This document shows positions 52,309-64,000 of a stretch of DNA of 64,000 nucleotides, one piece after another. The notes beneath the pieces were generated by a model, which saw nothing but the letters and a program-made list of their open reading frames with translations, ran no database searches and was not told the DNA's origin. A program made the position numbers and the translations under genes. The stretch's first letter is position 1; each line of letters begins with the position of its first letter. The DNA comes from Vitrella brassicaformis CCMP3155. Its lineage: Eukaryota > Protista > Chromerida. Location: positions 955-64,954 of the forward strand of contig CDMY01000497.1 in assembly GCA_001179505.1 (NCBI GenBank), written 5' to 3'.

Positions 52309-53662
52309 ATGAAGGGACGGCAAGGCAACGCCTGGCTGTGCGCCGAGCGTTTTTCCTTTTTTCTCTGGCGAACCCTTCACCATTTATCCATCCATCCATC
52401 CATGCGGATCCATCCTTGTGCGTGTGAGTGCGTGTGAGTTTGGTGGCAAGGAAAGGCTGACAGGCATACAGGCCCACACGTGTAGGATAGATATGGACAA
52501 GTAGGTGTATGTATGTGTACATGGATTGACAGACAGGTGTCTGTCTGTCACTGCAGGAACCCTCAGCTAGCAGTGAGTGAATGGGTCACAAGAATATTAA
52601 TATGCACACTGGATGTCGTGTTGAAGCGTGCGTGCGCCGAGGGATGGGCGGCAGGCGGGCTGCTGTATGGCTGTCACCTTTTTGGTATCCATGTGCATGA
52701 GGCTGTCTCTCTCTCTCTCTCTCTCTCTCGGCGTGCGTCTTGGGGTGTGTGTGTGTGTGTGTGAGACTGTTTATGTTGACCTCCCCTCTGAGTGAATTCT
52801 GCCTCGTGTGAACGTCTCAATTGGTTAATCAGTAGTCAGTCACGGCACCATGCACATACACACCATCCACATAACATCATTCTCTCTCTCCATCCACCAT
52901 GCTGCCTGCAAGTCGCTTTCTTTCCAATCGGACGGACTTCTTCTCATCTTGAAACGGACTCTTGCATGCCAACGAACTCATGACTGACGTGTGCACAACG
53001 CGTTATTTCACGCAAGGAAGGAACATGAATGCGATGATGAGTCAGTCAGTCAGTCAGGAGGGCCTCACACAACACACTAGGTACCTACACCTCTGCTGCT
53101 GCTGCTCCTCCGCGTGATGCCGCTGTCGCTGCCGCACCCCTGCCTCTCCCCTTGGTAGTGCCGCCCTCTCCCCTGCCTGGGATTTGTGTTGCCCTTCCGC
53201 TGGGCGCCTCGCGGTTTGGCTGCGGCGGCCTTGTGCGCTGCGCGCCCCACCCGTGTCGTCCATCTCCTCGTCTCGTCCATTTGCCTTGCCCACCGTCGTA
53301 CAGTACTGCACCTGAATGGCCGACCGCTTGAGCGACGAAAGGTCAGAAATGCTCAGCTGACTGACACACAAATCCCTGCGCACACACACATGCACACATC
53401 CATCTACGCCGTGCACCCGCCCACCTCTCCCTGGGCTCCTTCCTTCCTGCATATATTGCGTTTCGGCTCCTTGGGCTTTTGCTTGGCGATTGAGTGCCTC
53501 GAGGCACCCTTTCTTCAGCAGCACTGACTGACTCGGAGGGAGGCTCGTCCATCTGTTACCTTGTTGGTCTTGAACCCCAGCTTGACATCCGCCCGCCGGA
53601 AACACCTACCTGTGGCGGCCTCGCCTCCACCATCCACCCCCTCGCCGCTCATCACACGTCCC

Positions 53663-54545
53663 CAACACGCAGGTACAGTACAGGTCATAGGGGCTCCCTG
53701 ATGATGGGTTGGAAGTCGTTGGGAACATTATCACACTGTTGGTGTCGTAACGGCCATAAGGATTCCGTGCGTAATCGCGCGAGACCCCGTGTCGAAGGAG
53801 AGCACTTTGCTGTCCGGGTGCAGCGAGCGCCAGACTCGCCAGCCAGCGGACCTCTGTTATTAGCAGCATCGTGAGCTGAGTACTGTACCCTTCATGGGCC
53901 CCTCCACTGCACAGGTCACCATCTGCACCGCAGCCAGCTGCTCTCAGCTGAGCTGACGATCGGTCGTACATCATGTATCTGCAATGTACATATCACATCA
54001 GACACTGGGCTGGGCGGCTGGGATTTCGTCCCCCTTCGCTGACTGACCAGGTTGTTCTGGAAGAGCCGGCCGGAAGCGCCCATCTCATCTCGCTCCCGTC
54101 GAGTCGACTGCCTCCAGAGCAAAGGCGACACCCGTGGCCACCAGCGGGCAATGCGTCACTGCAAATCGCGTCCCATTAGACGACCTGTCATTGACGATCT
54201 CGTGCCAGTTGAGGATGCGCAGCGGGTAGGCCTTTGGCTCGCCATCGACCGTCACGCCAAGCACCCAGTCGTCGTCACTCACGGCCGCCTCGCCAGCTGG
54301 AGAGAATTCTGGGCTGTAATTGAGGGCCTGTCAAGGTCAAGCACACAGGCAAGATGCCAACATGGCAGTGAGTGTGATCTTGTGATTACAGTGCTTGTGT
54401 GCTTCAATCTATCGCTTCATTGCTGACCGCCCCTGACGATGCCCTGCAGGTCGATTTGGCAGCCGCCAGATGAGATCTGCGCCTCAACCGGGCTGCAGAG
54501 AAGCAGCAGAGGAAGCGCCAAGGCTCTAACGAGAGATCTCGTCAC
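53663..54545 (-). pseudogene. DUF3179-like secreted protein pseudogene with spliceosomal introns
   Basis: Fragments in shifting frames, recognised from memory of DUF3179 motifs: signal-like RALALPLLLLCSPVEA; DDWVLGVTVDGEPKAYPLRILNWHEIVND..THCPL; MGASGRLFQNNL; MYDR; AVEGPMKG; WRVWRSLHPDSKVLSFDTG; RDYARNPYGRY..MFP. At least three frameshifts plus stops. Confidence 0.7.
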
Positions 54546-54613
54546 TTTGCTGTCGGTCGCCCTCCTCCTCCTTCCTGTTTGAGCTCGCCTGCGCAGAAGG
54601 AAAAAGGAGGCGA

Positions 54614-55830
54614 ATGGGGAATCAGGTGATCGTCAGCAGCAGCCAGGCTGTCTCGCCAGCAATTGGCAACGAACAAATCGATTTCATCCACAGCCTGGGC
54701 CGGGATGCGCTTCACACCCTCGAGGACACCGGCAGCATCAGATCCTCGGCCCTCTTCCTCGCACAGATAGACTTCTCACCCGCCGTCCTCCGGAGTCGCC
54801 TGGGGCGGTCACTCGCAGCAAAGGGGCTGGAGGGTGTGATTCAATTTGACCAACAGCTGGACGCGAAGCTGCTGCTGAAGGCCATCTGGCTGGTGGACAC
54901 GCAGCGGTGGACGGAAGTGGCCAATGCGCTCCGGCTGGCGGCGCAGAGGCGCTTCTGTCAGCTGCCGGTCAACCTCACGGTGCAAGACATGGAGAGGCAC
55001 CCGACCAAGCAGGTACGTACGTACATGACTCAAGAAGACGGGCAGAGGGAAGATGCAAGGGTGTGTGCGTGTTGTGTGCGTGTTGTGTGGTGCTCATGTA
55101 GGGGTTTGCTTAGCCGATGTGCGCGTGATTGCGTTGTGGAAGCTGGTCGGCAGACACGTCAACTTCGGCGGCAACTCCGGCCGTTTTGAGCTGTTCGACC
55201 AGCCGGGCGGCGGTGTGCGTGCCATCAAGGACAAGCCCGGCTACGAGCTGGACATCAACCCCCCCCCTCCCCCCCGCCCACCCATACCACACACACGCCA
55301 TCAACGACAACCCCCCCGTCAGATCCTCACAAACGGCCGGTAGTGACATGGCCACTCATGCATCGATGTCGGCATTCATCATAAGGGTGATCCTGGACGT
55401 CCGTCCAGTGGCGAATTGGCCCCCGGGCAATACTCCTATGGTCTTCGTAGACCGGTACGCAGGACACACCACACTCAGGCAGACCCAAATCTATCCATCC
55501 ATCCATCACGGCCTCTTCCCTCTGTTACCTGTTGGTCTCCTCAGGCATGCCCACGGCGGTGTGCTGGACGGCCTCCTCAACCACTCGCCCCACCAGCCCC
55601 CCGACCGATGCACCGCCATTATGGCGGTGCGGGTGGACGACGACGATCCCCGCGCTGAGGTCCGGCGGCTGCTGCTGACGCCGTTCGACAGCCCATTCGT
55701 CGCGGAGATCTTTCTCGTCACCCCATTCGTCGACACGAACGAAGGTGAGGGAGGGGTCATGCATCCTCTGTTGACTGGGCCATCCTCCGATATGTGTTGT
55801 TTCGCTGAATGCAGTGGGTGTGTTCGTTAG
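54614..55830 (+). CDS. Lineage-specific hypothetical protein (LWKLVGRHV..ELF..VRAIK..PPLPPAHPY..NPPVRS type); frameshift in poly-C run ~55258-55275
   Basis: ORF 54614-55013 is followed by an exon from ~55100 whose frame switches in a C-homopolymer. Confidence 0.45.
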
Positions 55831-58800
55831 CACCAACGAGGCGCCCGTAGGTGATGCATCGGATGCCTTCATGGACCGCCGGCCCGCCACCGCCCCCCTG
55901 GTGGGCGGCCTGCTGACCAACGCCATCGCAGACATGTTCATCTACCAGAAAGAGAGAGCTCAGCAATAAAGGCTGGTCAGGCGAGCTGTGTGGTGGAAAT
56001 AGAGTAGTGAATGGGGGCTGGGACCAATGAACGATATGGGCGTGTGCAGTGTTGCCGATACTGATGGATGGATGGATGGCAGTATGGCAGTCAATGGACA
56101 GTTCATATGTGTGGACAGTGCAGTGCAGATCAGCCATTGCATGGTGGTTGATACACAACTACCACTTGACCCACACATGAGAGAAATGCATGGATCCACA
56201 CACATGAAATGGTCAGTCAGAGGAAGCGTCCCTCGATGCACCATTTACACAGACAGACATCCACTGTACAAGCATCCGTCGACACCATACTCATAGCACC
56301 AAAAACACCACAGACACAATCACACGAGTGCCCCCCCCACCGTGGTTGTCGTCGTGGTCAGGTCACTCGGCTGGGGCTTGATCTCATAGCTAGGGGTACG
56401 CCAACGGGGCGTAGTTGAGAGAGCAGCGCACCCAGCCGGGAGATGAGATGCCCTGACAAGACAAGACAAGACAACCCAGCCCACACACGCATCGCATCCA
56501 TCGCAACGATGGTCAGTCATCGCTGTCTGCCTGCGTGTGTGCTCTCGGACCGACCTGGCGCAGCCAGTTGTGCGTTGGTCTGAGAGAGGACCGGTATTGT
56601 ACGGTGAGGAGCTCGTCGCAGTGGCGGAGAAAGCGGTAGAGCTGACTGCCTGGCCTTCCCTGACGCCCTCCCTGCTCACCTTTTGCAGTAGAGCCAGTTT
56701 TTTGTTGCGAGGCGCCGGATGCGTGTGCCGTGTCGCTGGCTGACCACGGGGAGATTGCTCATGAGGAGAGAGAGGATCGACTGACACACTTGGCTTCGCG
56801 AGTGTGTGACCGCCCGATGCACACGTTATTGGGGAAGAAAGACATACCAATCGTTCTGACTGAAACCAAACACACAGACAGATAGACAGATAGACAGACA
56901 GACAGACGAATGAATGATATATCGGTCCATTTTGCCAGTCAGTCTGTCCATTTTGGCATGCAGACGAATGATCATTTGCTCTGCGCGTGTCGTGTGTCGT
57001 GTCGTGCCTTACTTAGACACAATGAGGACTTACTGCGTCTTTCTGTTTGTCTGAGTTGAGTTGCCCTGTATGTATGTTTCTCGAGCGGATACGTACTTGC
57101 GCCCATAAGCAAACAACACGGTCACTGGTGCACTGCACCTCGTGACTGACATTGCGGCTCTTGCCTGCCTGCACTCAAGAACAAGGGACACACAAATCCA
57201 TCTACGGATGTGTGAGTCGACTTTGTGTGAGTGAGTGCATCCCCTCCCTCTCAGCCATGACCTCCGCCGCCAGTGGAAGACACCTCCCTACCTTCGTTCT
57301 TGTCGCTGGGGGTGTTCTTGCCGCCGCAGAGCGTCTCGCTGGTCTGCATTGCCTTGGGCTGACTCAGTCAGGACCCACTTAATTGCCGAAGTTGGTCATT
57401 CATTCATGTGCGGCTCGCCGGCATCTTGCCGCTGGTGTGTGTCGTTGTCCACCACTCCTTTCCTTCCCGGTGAGGTGAGCTGAGCTGCTTCTTCCACAGA
57501 GACTTCTGCCTGCTGCAGGGCGGTCCTGTGAAAGCATCTTATTCTCGGATGCGATGCGCACAACCGACCGACCTGAACGAAGGGCGGACACAACCAACAA
57601 GCAACGACAATGAATGCAATAAATCAATGAACAGATGGCTGGCCTGAGGTGGGGTGGTGTTTGCCTCTCTGATGCCGCTGCGTGCTGGCTGTGCATTCAT
57701 TCATTCGTTGACTCATCGACCAGCACATACAGATGACCCAGCGGCAAACCAAGGGCATGAGGTATATATATATCGTCTGTCTGTCTGTCTGTCTGCCAGG
57801 CCGGTACGCAGCGGTCGAGGTGGCCCCCCGTCTGACCTTCGTTGAAGAGCTCTGCCTCGTCCTTGCTCCGCAGTGGTCGGATGTCGATGAGGAGGCCCTC
57901 CCTGCTTGTAGAAGATATTGACTGACTGGGACGGGGAGAGGGATGTCGTGTCGTAGATGAGTAGCGGTACAAAATCACCACCAACGCGACGACACGATGT
58001 GCGCCATCCCATCAGCTGGATGGCGTCGGCCACCCACCTCGCCCCTCCAGCCGACATACGAGGGCCTCTGTCTGTGACCCAGTGCCGACCACCGAAGTTG
58101 ACCTCGTTCTTGACATCTCCAATCACCAACCTACAAACGAACACACCGACGCACCACCGAGGGATGGATGAGCTAGCTAGCCGCACAGACCCATCATTGT
58201 GCGCATACCCTCTCAAATACGATGTCCCTTGTCCCCTGGCTGGGATTGATCCAGTAGCAGGATGGATGGAGCTCTTGGAGCTCTCCTGGTACGGTGACCT
58301 ACTTGCGGAAGGAAGGTGCCCTCTCCCTCCCATAGGCAGGCAGCGCTGTGACCATCTTGTCTTGATGGCCTTGTCCCTGTCCTGCTGCCAGAGGCGCTGC
58401 ACTGCACGTCGGCAAAGCTGTGGATGTCATTCTCATGTATGGTCATGTGCGAGTGGAGATCATCATCGTCCTCAGCGTACGTCCAAGTCACCAGTAGTAG
58501 TACTGTAGAGTGAGTGATTTGTTACTGCTGCCTTGGGCGAGGTCTGTGGTTGTATTGTCTTCGATCAACACGCCCAACATGCCGTCTGCACAGACAGACA
58601 GACAGAGAGATTTTGCTCATTTGACTTTCTGGCTGCTCCTTCCTGGCTGCGCTATGGCCTTCCTGTGCGCCTCTCTCCAACTGATCTGGGGATCTGTGCC
58701 GTTGTTGGTTGGTTGGTTGTGCTTTTCCTTCACACTTCTAAGCTCGCAGGGTTTGCCAACCGATCGGTGTGCTGGGGGTGTTTTCTCCCCTCATGTACTT

Positions 58801-58952
58801 GGCCATTCTTCTCGCTTGACGAATTCGACAGGAACAGGTGACACACACAACACACACACCCATCCATCCATATCATCCATCCATCCCCTGGATCCATCCA
58901 TCCATTTCGCCATGCACCACGGTCCGGTCCTCTTCCCTCGATCAGATCATAG

Positions 58953-61668
58953 ATGTCGGGTGTTGAGGCCGAGGCCGAGAAGGATATCGACATGGCAAAC
59001 GAATCGGTCAGCGAACGATGATTCAACAAACGACAGCCGGGCATCTTCCGTGTGGGATTGGATACATTTGCCAGGATGAGGTCGTTGGCGTTGGTTTGGC
59101 TCAGCTCGAGTCCGAGTGTGTGTATGAAGTCGGCGACTTCCTCACCACCATCGAGCGCAAGCCGCTCTCACTCGTGTGCCACCAGCTGCACCAGAAGACC
59201 ACCGACGCGTCATACGGCATCCTTTACCGTGACCTCACCATCTCCATCCTCGAACACAACTACTGGAAGAAGATCACCAACCTCACAGGCACACTCAAAA
59301 CACGACTGGTGGGTGGGCGGATGGGCGGATGGGCGGGAGGAGGGAAAGGCATGGATGTCGAGTGGATGAATGGTTTTCTGTATGTGTGTGTGGGGGGGGG
59401 TCAGAGCAAGATCAACACGGCATTTATCGAGACCGACGCTGACGAGGATGTGCTGCCGTCTGTAGTGGAGGCATCGAGGCGTCCAACGCCACACTCAGCT
59501 ACATCGGTGTGGACGACCCGGAGCGAGAGTGCTTCTTCAACGTGTTCGGCAACAGGGAGGGGGCGGGGGAGGGAGAGGGGATGGGGGAGGGGGGTAGGGA
59601 GCCAGTGGTGTTTGAGAAGACCCAGCAGCTACACCTCACGGATACACGATACCTAGACCTAGCCGAGTAAGGGGAAGAGGGGCGGGAGGGGCTGCAGAGG
59701 TGCAAATCTTTTGGTTTGTGGTGTGTGTTGGTGTGTCGTGTTAGGGATCGCAAGTGGGCGTTTCCGAGTCTGGAGGTGCTGAGTGTGGGCAAGGTGGACC
59801 AGGAGTGTGTCGACAAGTGCAACCACCTTCCGGCCGTCACCCACATCGTGTCAGCTTCGCCGAAGATCACCTCCATCACGGCCGATGTCATCGTCGTCAA
59901 GGAGGGGGACGAGTGGCAGGCGTTCACAAGGTAGATGGAAGACTGGCGCGCCTCTGCTTTCGGTCTCACACACATCTTTCCTTCCCTCTTTATGTGTGCG
60001 TGTGTGTCGATGTCAGTTCGCTGAGTGGTTGTCCCAAGCTCACCAGCATCAGCGGCCTCTATCTCGTCCCGCCCGAGAATTACTACAGTGAACCTGAGTG
60101 AGCGGGGCCAGAAACTAGATGGGAGGGAGGTATGCACCATGTCATATGTCCCTCTTCCTCCTGTCGTGTGTCAGTCCCGTTGAGTACATCTACGATCCGC
60201 TGGGCCGCCTCACCACGGCACTCGACACCAACTGGCGCACCGATGACATGAAAGGTAGGGGAGTGGGTGGGGGTGGGCAGATTAAGACCACACACAGGGA
60301 GGGACTCTTTGCTACATGTGTCATCTGTGCTGTGCAGGTGTGGACAAGACCATCACCATTCACCATCGCTTCTCGTTTGGCGCCGACTTCAGCCGCCAGC
60401 TGACAGACCGCAGCGGCCCCAACCACTTCGTGCTGCAGGACCTGCTCAACTGGGCGGACGAGACCAAATGCCAAATCGTGTGGATGCCACGGTCGCCACG
60501 GTCGGTGAGACCTGCAGGGGGAAACGAACCGCAGACAGAGACGGGCACATGCTCCGTGTCTATGTGTGTGTGTGTGTGTGTGTGTTGTGCAGTGCGGCCG
60601 ACACTTTCGAGCCTTGCATCTTCGACAAGTTCGGCCCGCCGCAGTATGACGACGTCGTCATTGACTGCAGCAAGGAGGCCCCGGACACAAAACCCCCGGC
60701 CCCGCACGGACCTGTAGGCCAACTCATCGCCAATCTGACGAAAAAATGCGACGCGGTGAGAGAGGGGTGTATGGGGGAGGGAGGTGCAGCACACGGCCTA
60801 GAGCAAAATGTCTGCCCTGCTCCTTTTTCCGTTCCTTCTCTCGCAGGTCAAGTTTGTGTACGGCGGTGCCCCCCTGCACGACACGTGGGGGCAGCTGCTG
60901 ACATTTCCCGCCGCCACCAAGCTCTCCATCTACCCCCGCGACGACGACACCATGGCCGTCCGCCAGGTGGTGAGCAGCATCCCCGAGTGGCTGGTGGCCA
61001 AGGACCAGAACGGCAACAGCACCCATCTGCCGGCCATCCAGGACCTCTACATCGACATATATGGGTCTTCCAACACCTCTCACACCGACTCCTTGCCGAC
61101 CGGTGCTGAGGCTGCCAGGCTGGAGCAGCTGTTGGGGGGTCTGGTGGGGGTGCGTAGGGTGTGGCTCGGGGCAAAGAGCCTCCGCGCCGTGTCGCAGTGT
61201 ATGTCGTATCTGCATGCCCGTGAGCTGAAGAAGTTGCACATCAGCCTGGGCGAAAACCCAGCTGCGCTACCCGACTCATCACACGTGCCCGTGCCTAGCC
61301 TAGCCTACCCTTCCGTCAAGTCGCTGCGTGTGTCGAATGACTTTAGTAAGATCAGCAAGGGGTGCGCGCGGTCTGTCTTGTCTCTGCTCATGTCCATCAA
61401 GCCAGCCAAAGCCAGCATCGATCTGACGCTCAGCACAGAGTCACTCGCACCAGGCCAGGGCCAAGACAACGGCTTCGACAAGTATGTCTCTGCTTCCCTC
61501 AAGGATTTGCGGCTGGAAGCAGAGAGGAGGGTGGGGTCGGCCTACGATGTGGTGTCGTCTGTGTGTAATGAGGGTAGCATCTCGTTGCGCATGTGGCTAG
61601 TGCTGAAGGAGGGGGGCAAGGGAGAGAAGGGCAAGGGGGGCAAGGGGGGAGGCAAGAAGGCCAAGTGA
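58953..61668 (+). CDS. Lineage-specific F-box-like protein, family C copy 2; 1-nt frameshift at ~59470
   Basis: Paralogue of 40418-43070. GTGGAG-GCATC here versus GTGGAGGGCATC in copy 1. Ends in K/G-rich tail KEGGKGEKGKGGKGGGKKAK*. Confidence 0.6.
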
Positions 61669-61932
61669 GTGAGGCGATGTGGGCGGTTGGTGCAGATGGT
61701 GGGCAGGTAGGTAGCATGATTTGCCGGAGGAACCGACCGTCTCACTCACTGGCATCCGTAGAATGGGCACAATCGAATTCGATTCGTGTATGTTTGCATA
61801 CCTATCCCCACCCCTCTTCTAATTCGCCATCGCGCGTGTGTGAGGATGGCCTACCACGGCCATTCAGCACGTCGCCATTCCACTGTCGGTGTGCATGTCT
61901 GAGTGTGTGTGTGTGTGTTTGGTGTTGGGTGT

Positions 61933-62157
61933 GGGCATCGGACTGACTGCATGGGCAGGGAGGCGTTACATGAATGGACAATAACCGGTAGCTGATGTCA
62001 TTGGATTGAATCTCTTGGTTCCCTCCCTAACATACAAAGTCAACTCACCATCCCGATCTGCCTAGCCAACGTACTGCCTACTGATGCGTTCCCATTACGA
62101 GAAACAAACAAGACACGCATGGGAATCAGTCAAGCAATCATCGGCTACCTGTCACCA
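61933..62157 (+). repeat. ~230-bp non-coding repeat, copy 2 (runs into gap)
   Basis: Matches 39825-40050. Confidence 0.85.
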
Positions 62158-62457
62158 NNNNNNNNNNNNNNNNNNNNNNNNNNNNNNNNNNNNNNNNNNN
62201 NNNNNNNNNNNNNNNNNNNNNNNNNNNNNNNNNNNNNNNNNNNNNNNNNNNNNNNNNNNNNNNNNNNNNNNNNNNNNNNNNNNNNNNNNNNNNNNNNNNN
62301 NNNNNNNNNNNNNNNNNNNNNNNNNNNNNNNNNNNNNNNNNNNNNNNNNNNNNNNNNNNNNNNNNNNNNNNNNNNNNNNNNNNNNNNNNNNNNNNNNNNN
62401 NNNNNNNNNNNNNNNNNNNNNNNNNNNNNNNNNNNNNNNNNNNNNNNNNNNNNNNNN
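62158..62457. other. Assembly gap (300 N)
   Basis: Run of N. Confidence 1.
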
Positions 62458-63687
62458 GCATCCGTTGCCAGACGAGGCACTCGGGCTGCACGTCCACCAG
62501 GGTGTACTCTATCTTGTCGGCGTAGTTGGCCGTCGTGTAGCCGCACGACTCGAGAGCACGGCCGAGTGGTGCGCCATCCACACCCCACGGAACTCTGGCA
62601 GATAGGTACCTGGGGGGAACGCATTCATCCACAGCCACCAATCCAATCAGCCAGCCAATGAATATATCGATGATGCCTGCACGCACCTGAAGTAGTACTG
62701 AATGCCGGTCAGCGGCTCGTTCAGAAAACGCGCTTCAAGCTGCACCGTGTTCCTTCAGCCACCGCACACCACAGCACAGCACTAACCCAAACCTCCACAC
62801 TGTCAATGCAGCTGCAGTGTTGCCTCATGGGTTGCGCACTTTGCTTAGATGAGCACAAACGAGTCGACATCCACTCCATCGGCATTGAATTTGCTCGCCA
62901 TGTTGTGCAGCTGTGCCACGGGGCTAAAGTCGGTCCGGGCGAGTCTGGCGTCGAGGTGTGGGGCGAGCTCCCGCTGCAGCGGAGGATGAGGGGCACCACC
63001 TTGCTGCGCTTGATGGGCCGGCAGGTCACCGCTTTCCAAGGCCGCTCGTCATCCATTCAACCAATGGATCACGGACACACGCGGAGGGCACCAGGGCTGC
63101 CCTTCAAGGCAAGCTGATGAAATGCGCCGATGAGTCGGATGAAATCGCATTGGCGGATATCGGCCCTCATGCTTCAGCATCTCTATCAACACGTCCGTAA
63201 CAGTTGCCTGAAGCTTGTGGAAACAATTGTTGCGTCCACAGCATATCGCACTCACCGGAAAGAGCAAAAGGACGCGAAAGTCTCCCCGAGTCTGACCGTG
63301 AGGCGTTCAGGTGACCCGAGCTCGCTGCTGGCAACAGCCAAAAGTGAACGAAGAGATCTCACAGCGTGGGAAGCAATAGAGTAGATCTGTGTAAGTACGT
63401 GGATAAAAATGCTCGGTGGGCTGTCCTGACGGCTTGTTGTCTCCTCTGGCGGCTCAGCGGCAGTGGGCTCACCACCAGGAGGAGCATTGCGTCGGTCAAC
63501 GGGGCCACGAGAGATCTTTGTCCGTTGCAGCAACGCGAAGAAGATCTGAAGCCCTCGAAGACTGTGCGTGAGGTGAGAGCCCGTCTGTCCTCTCCCTCTC
63601 GAAAGGTGAGCTCGCATTTTGTGCCCCCGTCAAACCCCCAGCCTTTTCCGCATTCCCTTTGCTTTTTTCTTTCACTTGTCGCGTCAA

Positions 63688-63780
63688 TGGTCTCAGTGCG
63701 GAGCGGGAAAAGGAAAAAAAGAGAGAAAGGAATTTGCCAAAGTCGGTGATCGAGTGAGGATCGAATTGCCCCTTTTTCTC
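63688..63780. repeat. Purine-rich dispersed element, copy 2, with inverted distal segment relative to 7727-7813
   Basis: GATCGAGTGAGGATCGAATTGCCCCTTTTTCTC (63748-63780) is the reverse complement of ~GAGAAAAATGGGAATTCGATCCTCACTCGATC (7782-7813). Confidence 0.6.
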
Positions 63781-64000
63781 ACAGCTGACACTTCGCTCGT
63801 TTGATTTTGGTGCACGAGATTGTCCAGTGGGAGCCCCGAGGACCATCCAGCGAGAAAAAGAAGGAAAAGAAAGAGGAAAGACTTTTCACTCCAGCTCGCA
63901 CCATTGAGCATGACCTCGTCAAAGGGTGCCGTGCATTCTGACTGCTGAGTGCCGACGGCGGAGCGTCACAATCAGCTGCTACTGGTGTCATGGTGGACGT

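Noticed and set aside
56300-58700. Scattered exon-like segments (e.g. RYAAVEVAPRLTFVEELCLVL at ~57800-57915)
   Set aside because: No coherent gene model or motif.
62458-63600. Stop-interrupted coding-like text on the minus strand next to the gap, possibly a transposon relic
   Set aside because: No RT, integrase, transposase or tyrosine-recombinase motif, and no terminal repeats or TSD identified.
1-64000. Hundreds of short six-frame ORFs rich in TDRQ/HTHT/SIHP/VCVC
   Set aside because: These are translations of intronic microsatellites or antisense shadows of GC-rich exons.
1-64000. tRNA, rRNA or snRNA genes
   Set aside because: No convincing cloverleaf, rRNA-conserved or Sm-site-bearing sequence seen by eye; tRNAscan-SE/Infernal would be needed to exclude them.

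Overview
Eukaryotic, GC-rich, intron-dense DNA with short introns full of (CAGA)n/(GGAT)n/(GT)n/(GAGG)n microsatellites. It resembles a chromerid alveolate such as Vitrella brassicaformis (inferred from sequence style and gene families, not database-verified). Most six-frame ORFs are artefacts of spliced genes, so I rebuilt genes by hand from GT/GC-AG junctions. Content: a PIAS/SIZ-type SP-RING SUMO E3 ligase, a degenerate RING gene, a Ulp1/C48 SUMO protease, a ~9.4 kb multi-exon secreted subtilase gene, an ankyrin pseudogene, a divergent histone H2A with a long tail, a CELF/Bruno-like RRM protein, five F-box-like lineage-family genes (two pairs in a segmental duplication), a ubiquitin-like/coiled-coil gene, a TPR+MYND gene, a shattered DUF3179-like pseudogene, dispersed repeats and two 300-N gaps. 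The standout is the subtilase gene (22218..12865, minus). After a signal peptide it encodes ~29 tandem Trp/Gly-rich 8-17 aa units, each ending in one Arg (nearly all G-x-x-R, mostly GIQR/GIAR). About half sit on their own phase-compatible microexons. The array splices in frame, through RRL-punctuated spacers, to a SUB1-like S8 protease with an intact triad and a C-terminal PAN/apple domain. This looks like a peptide precursor fused to its own processing enzyme.
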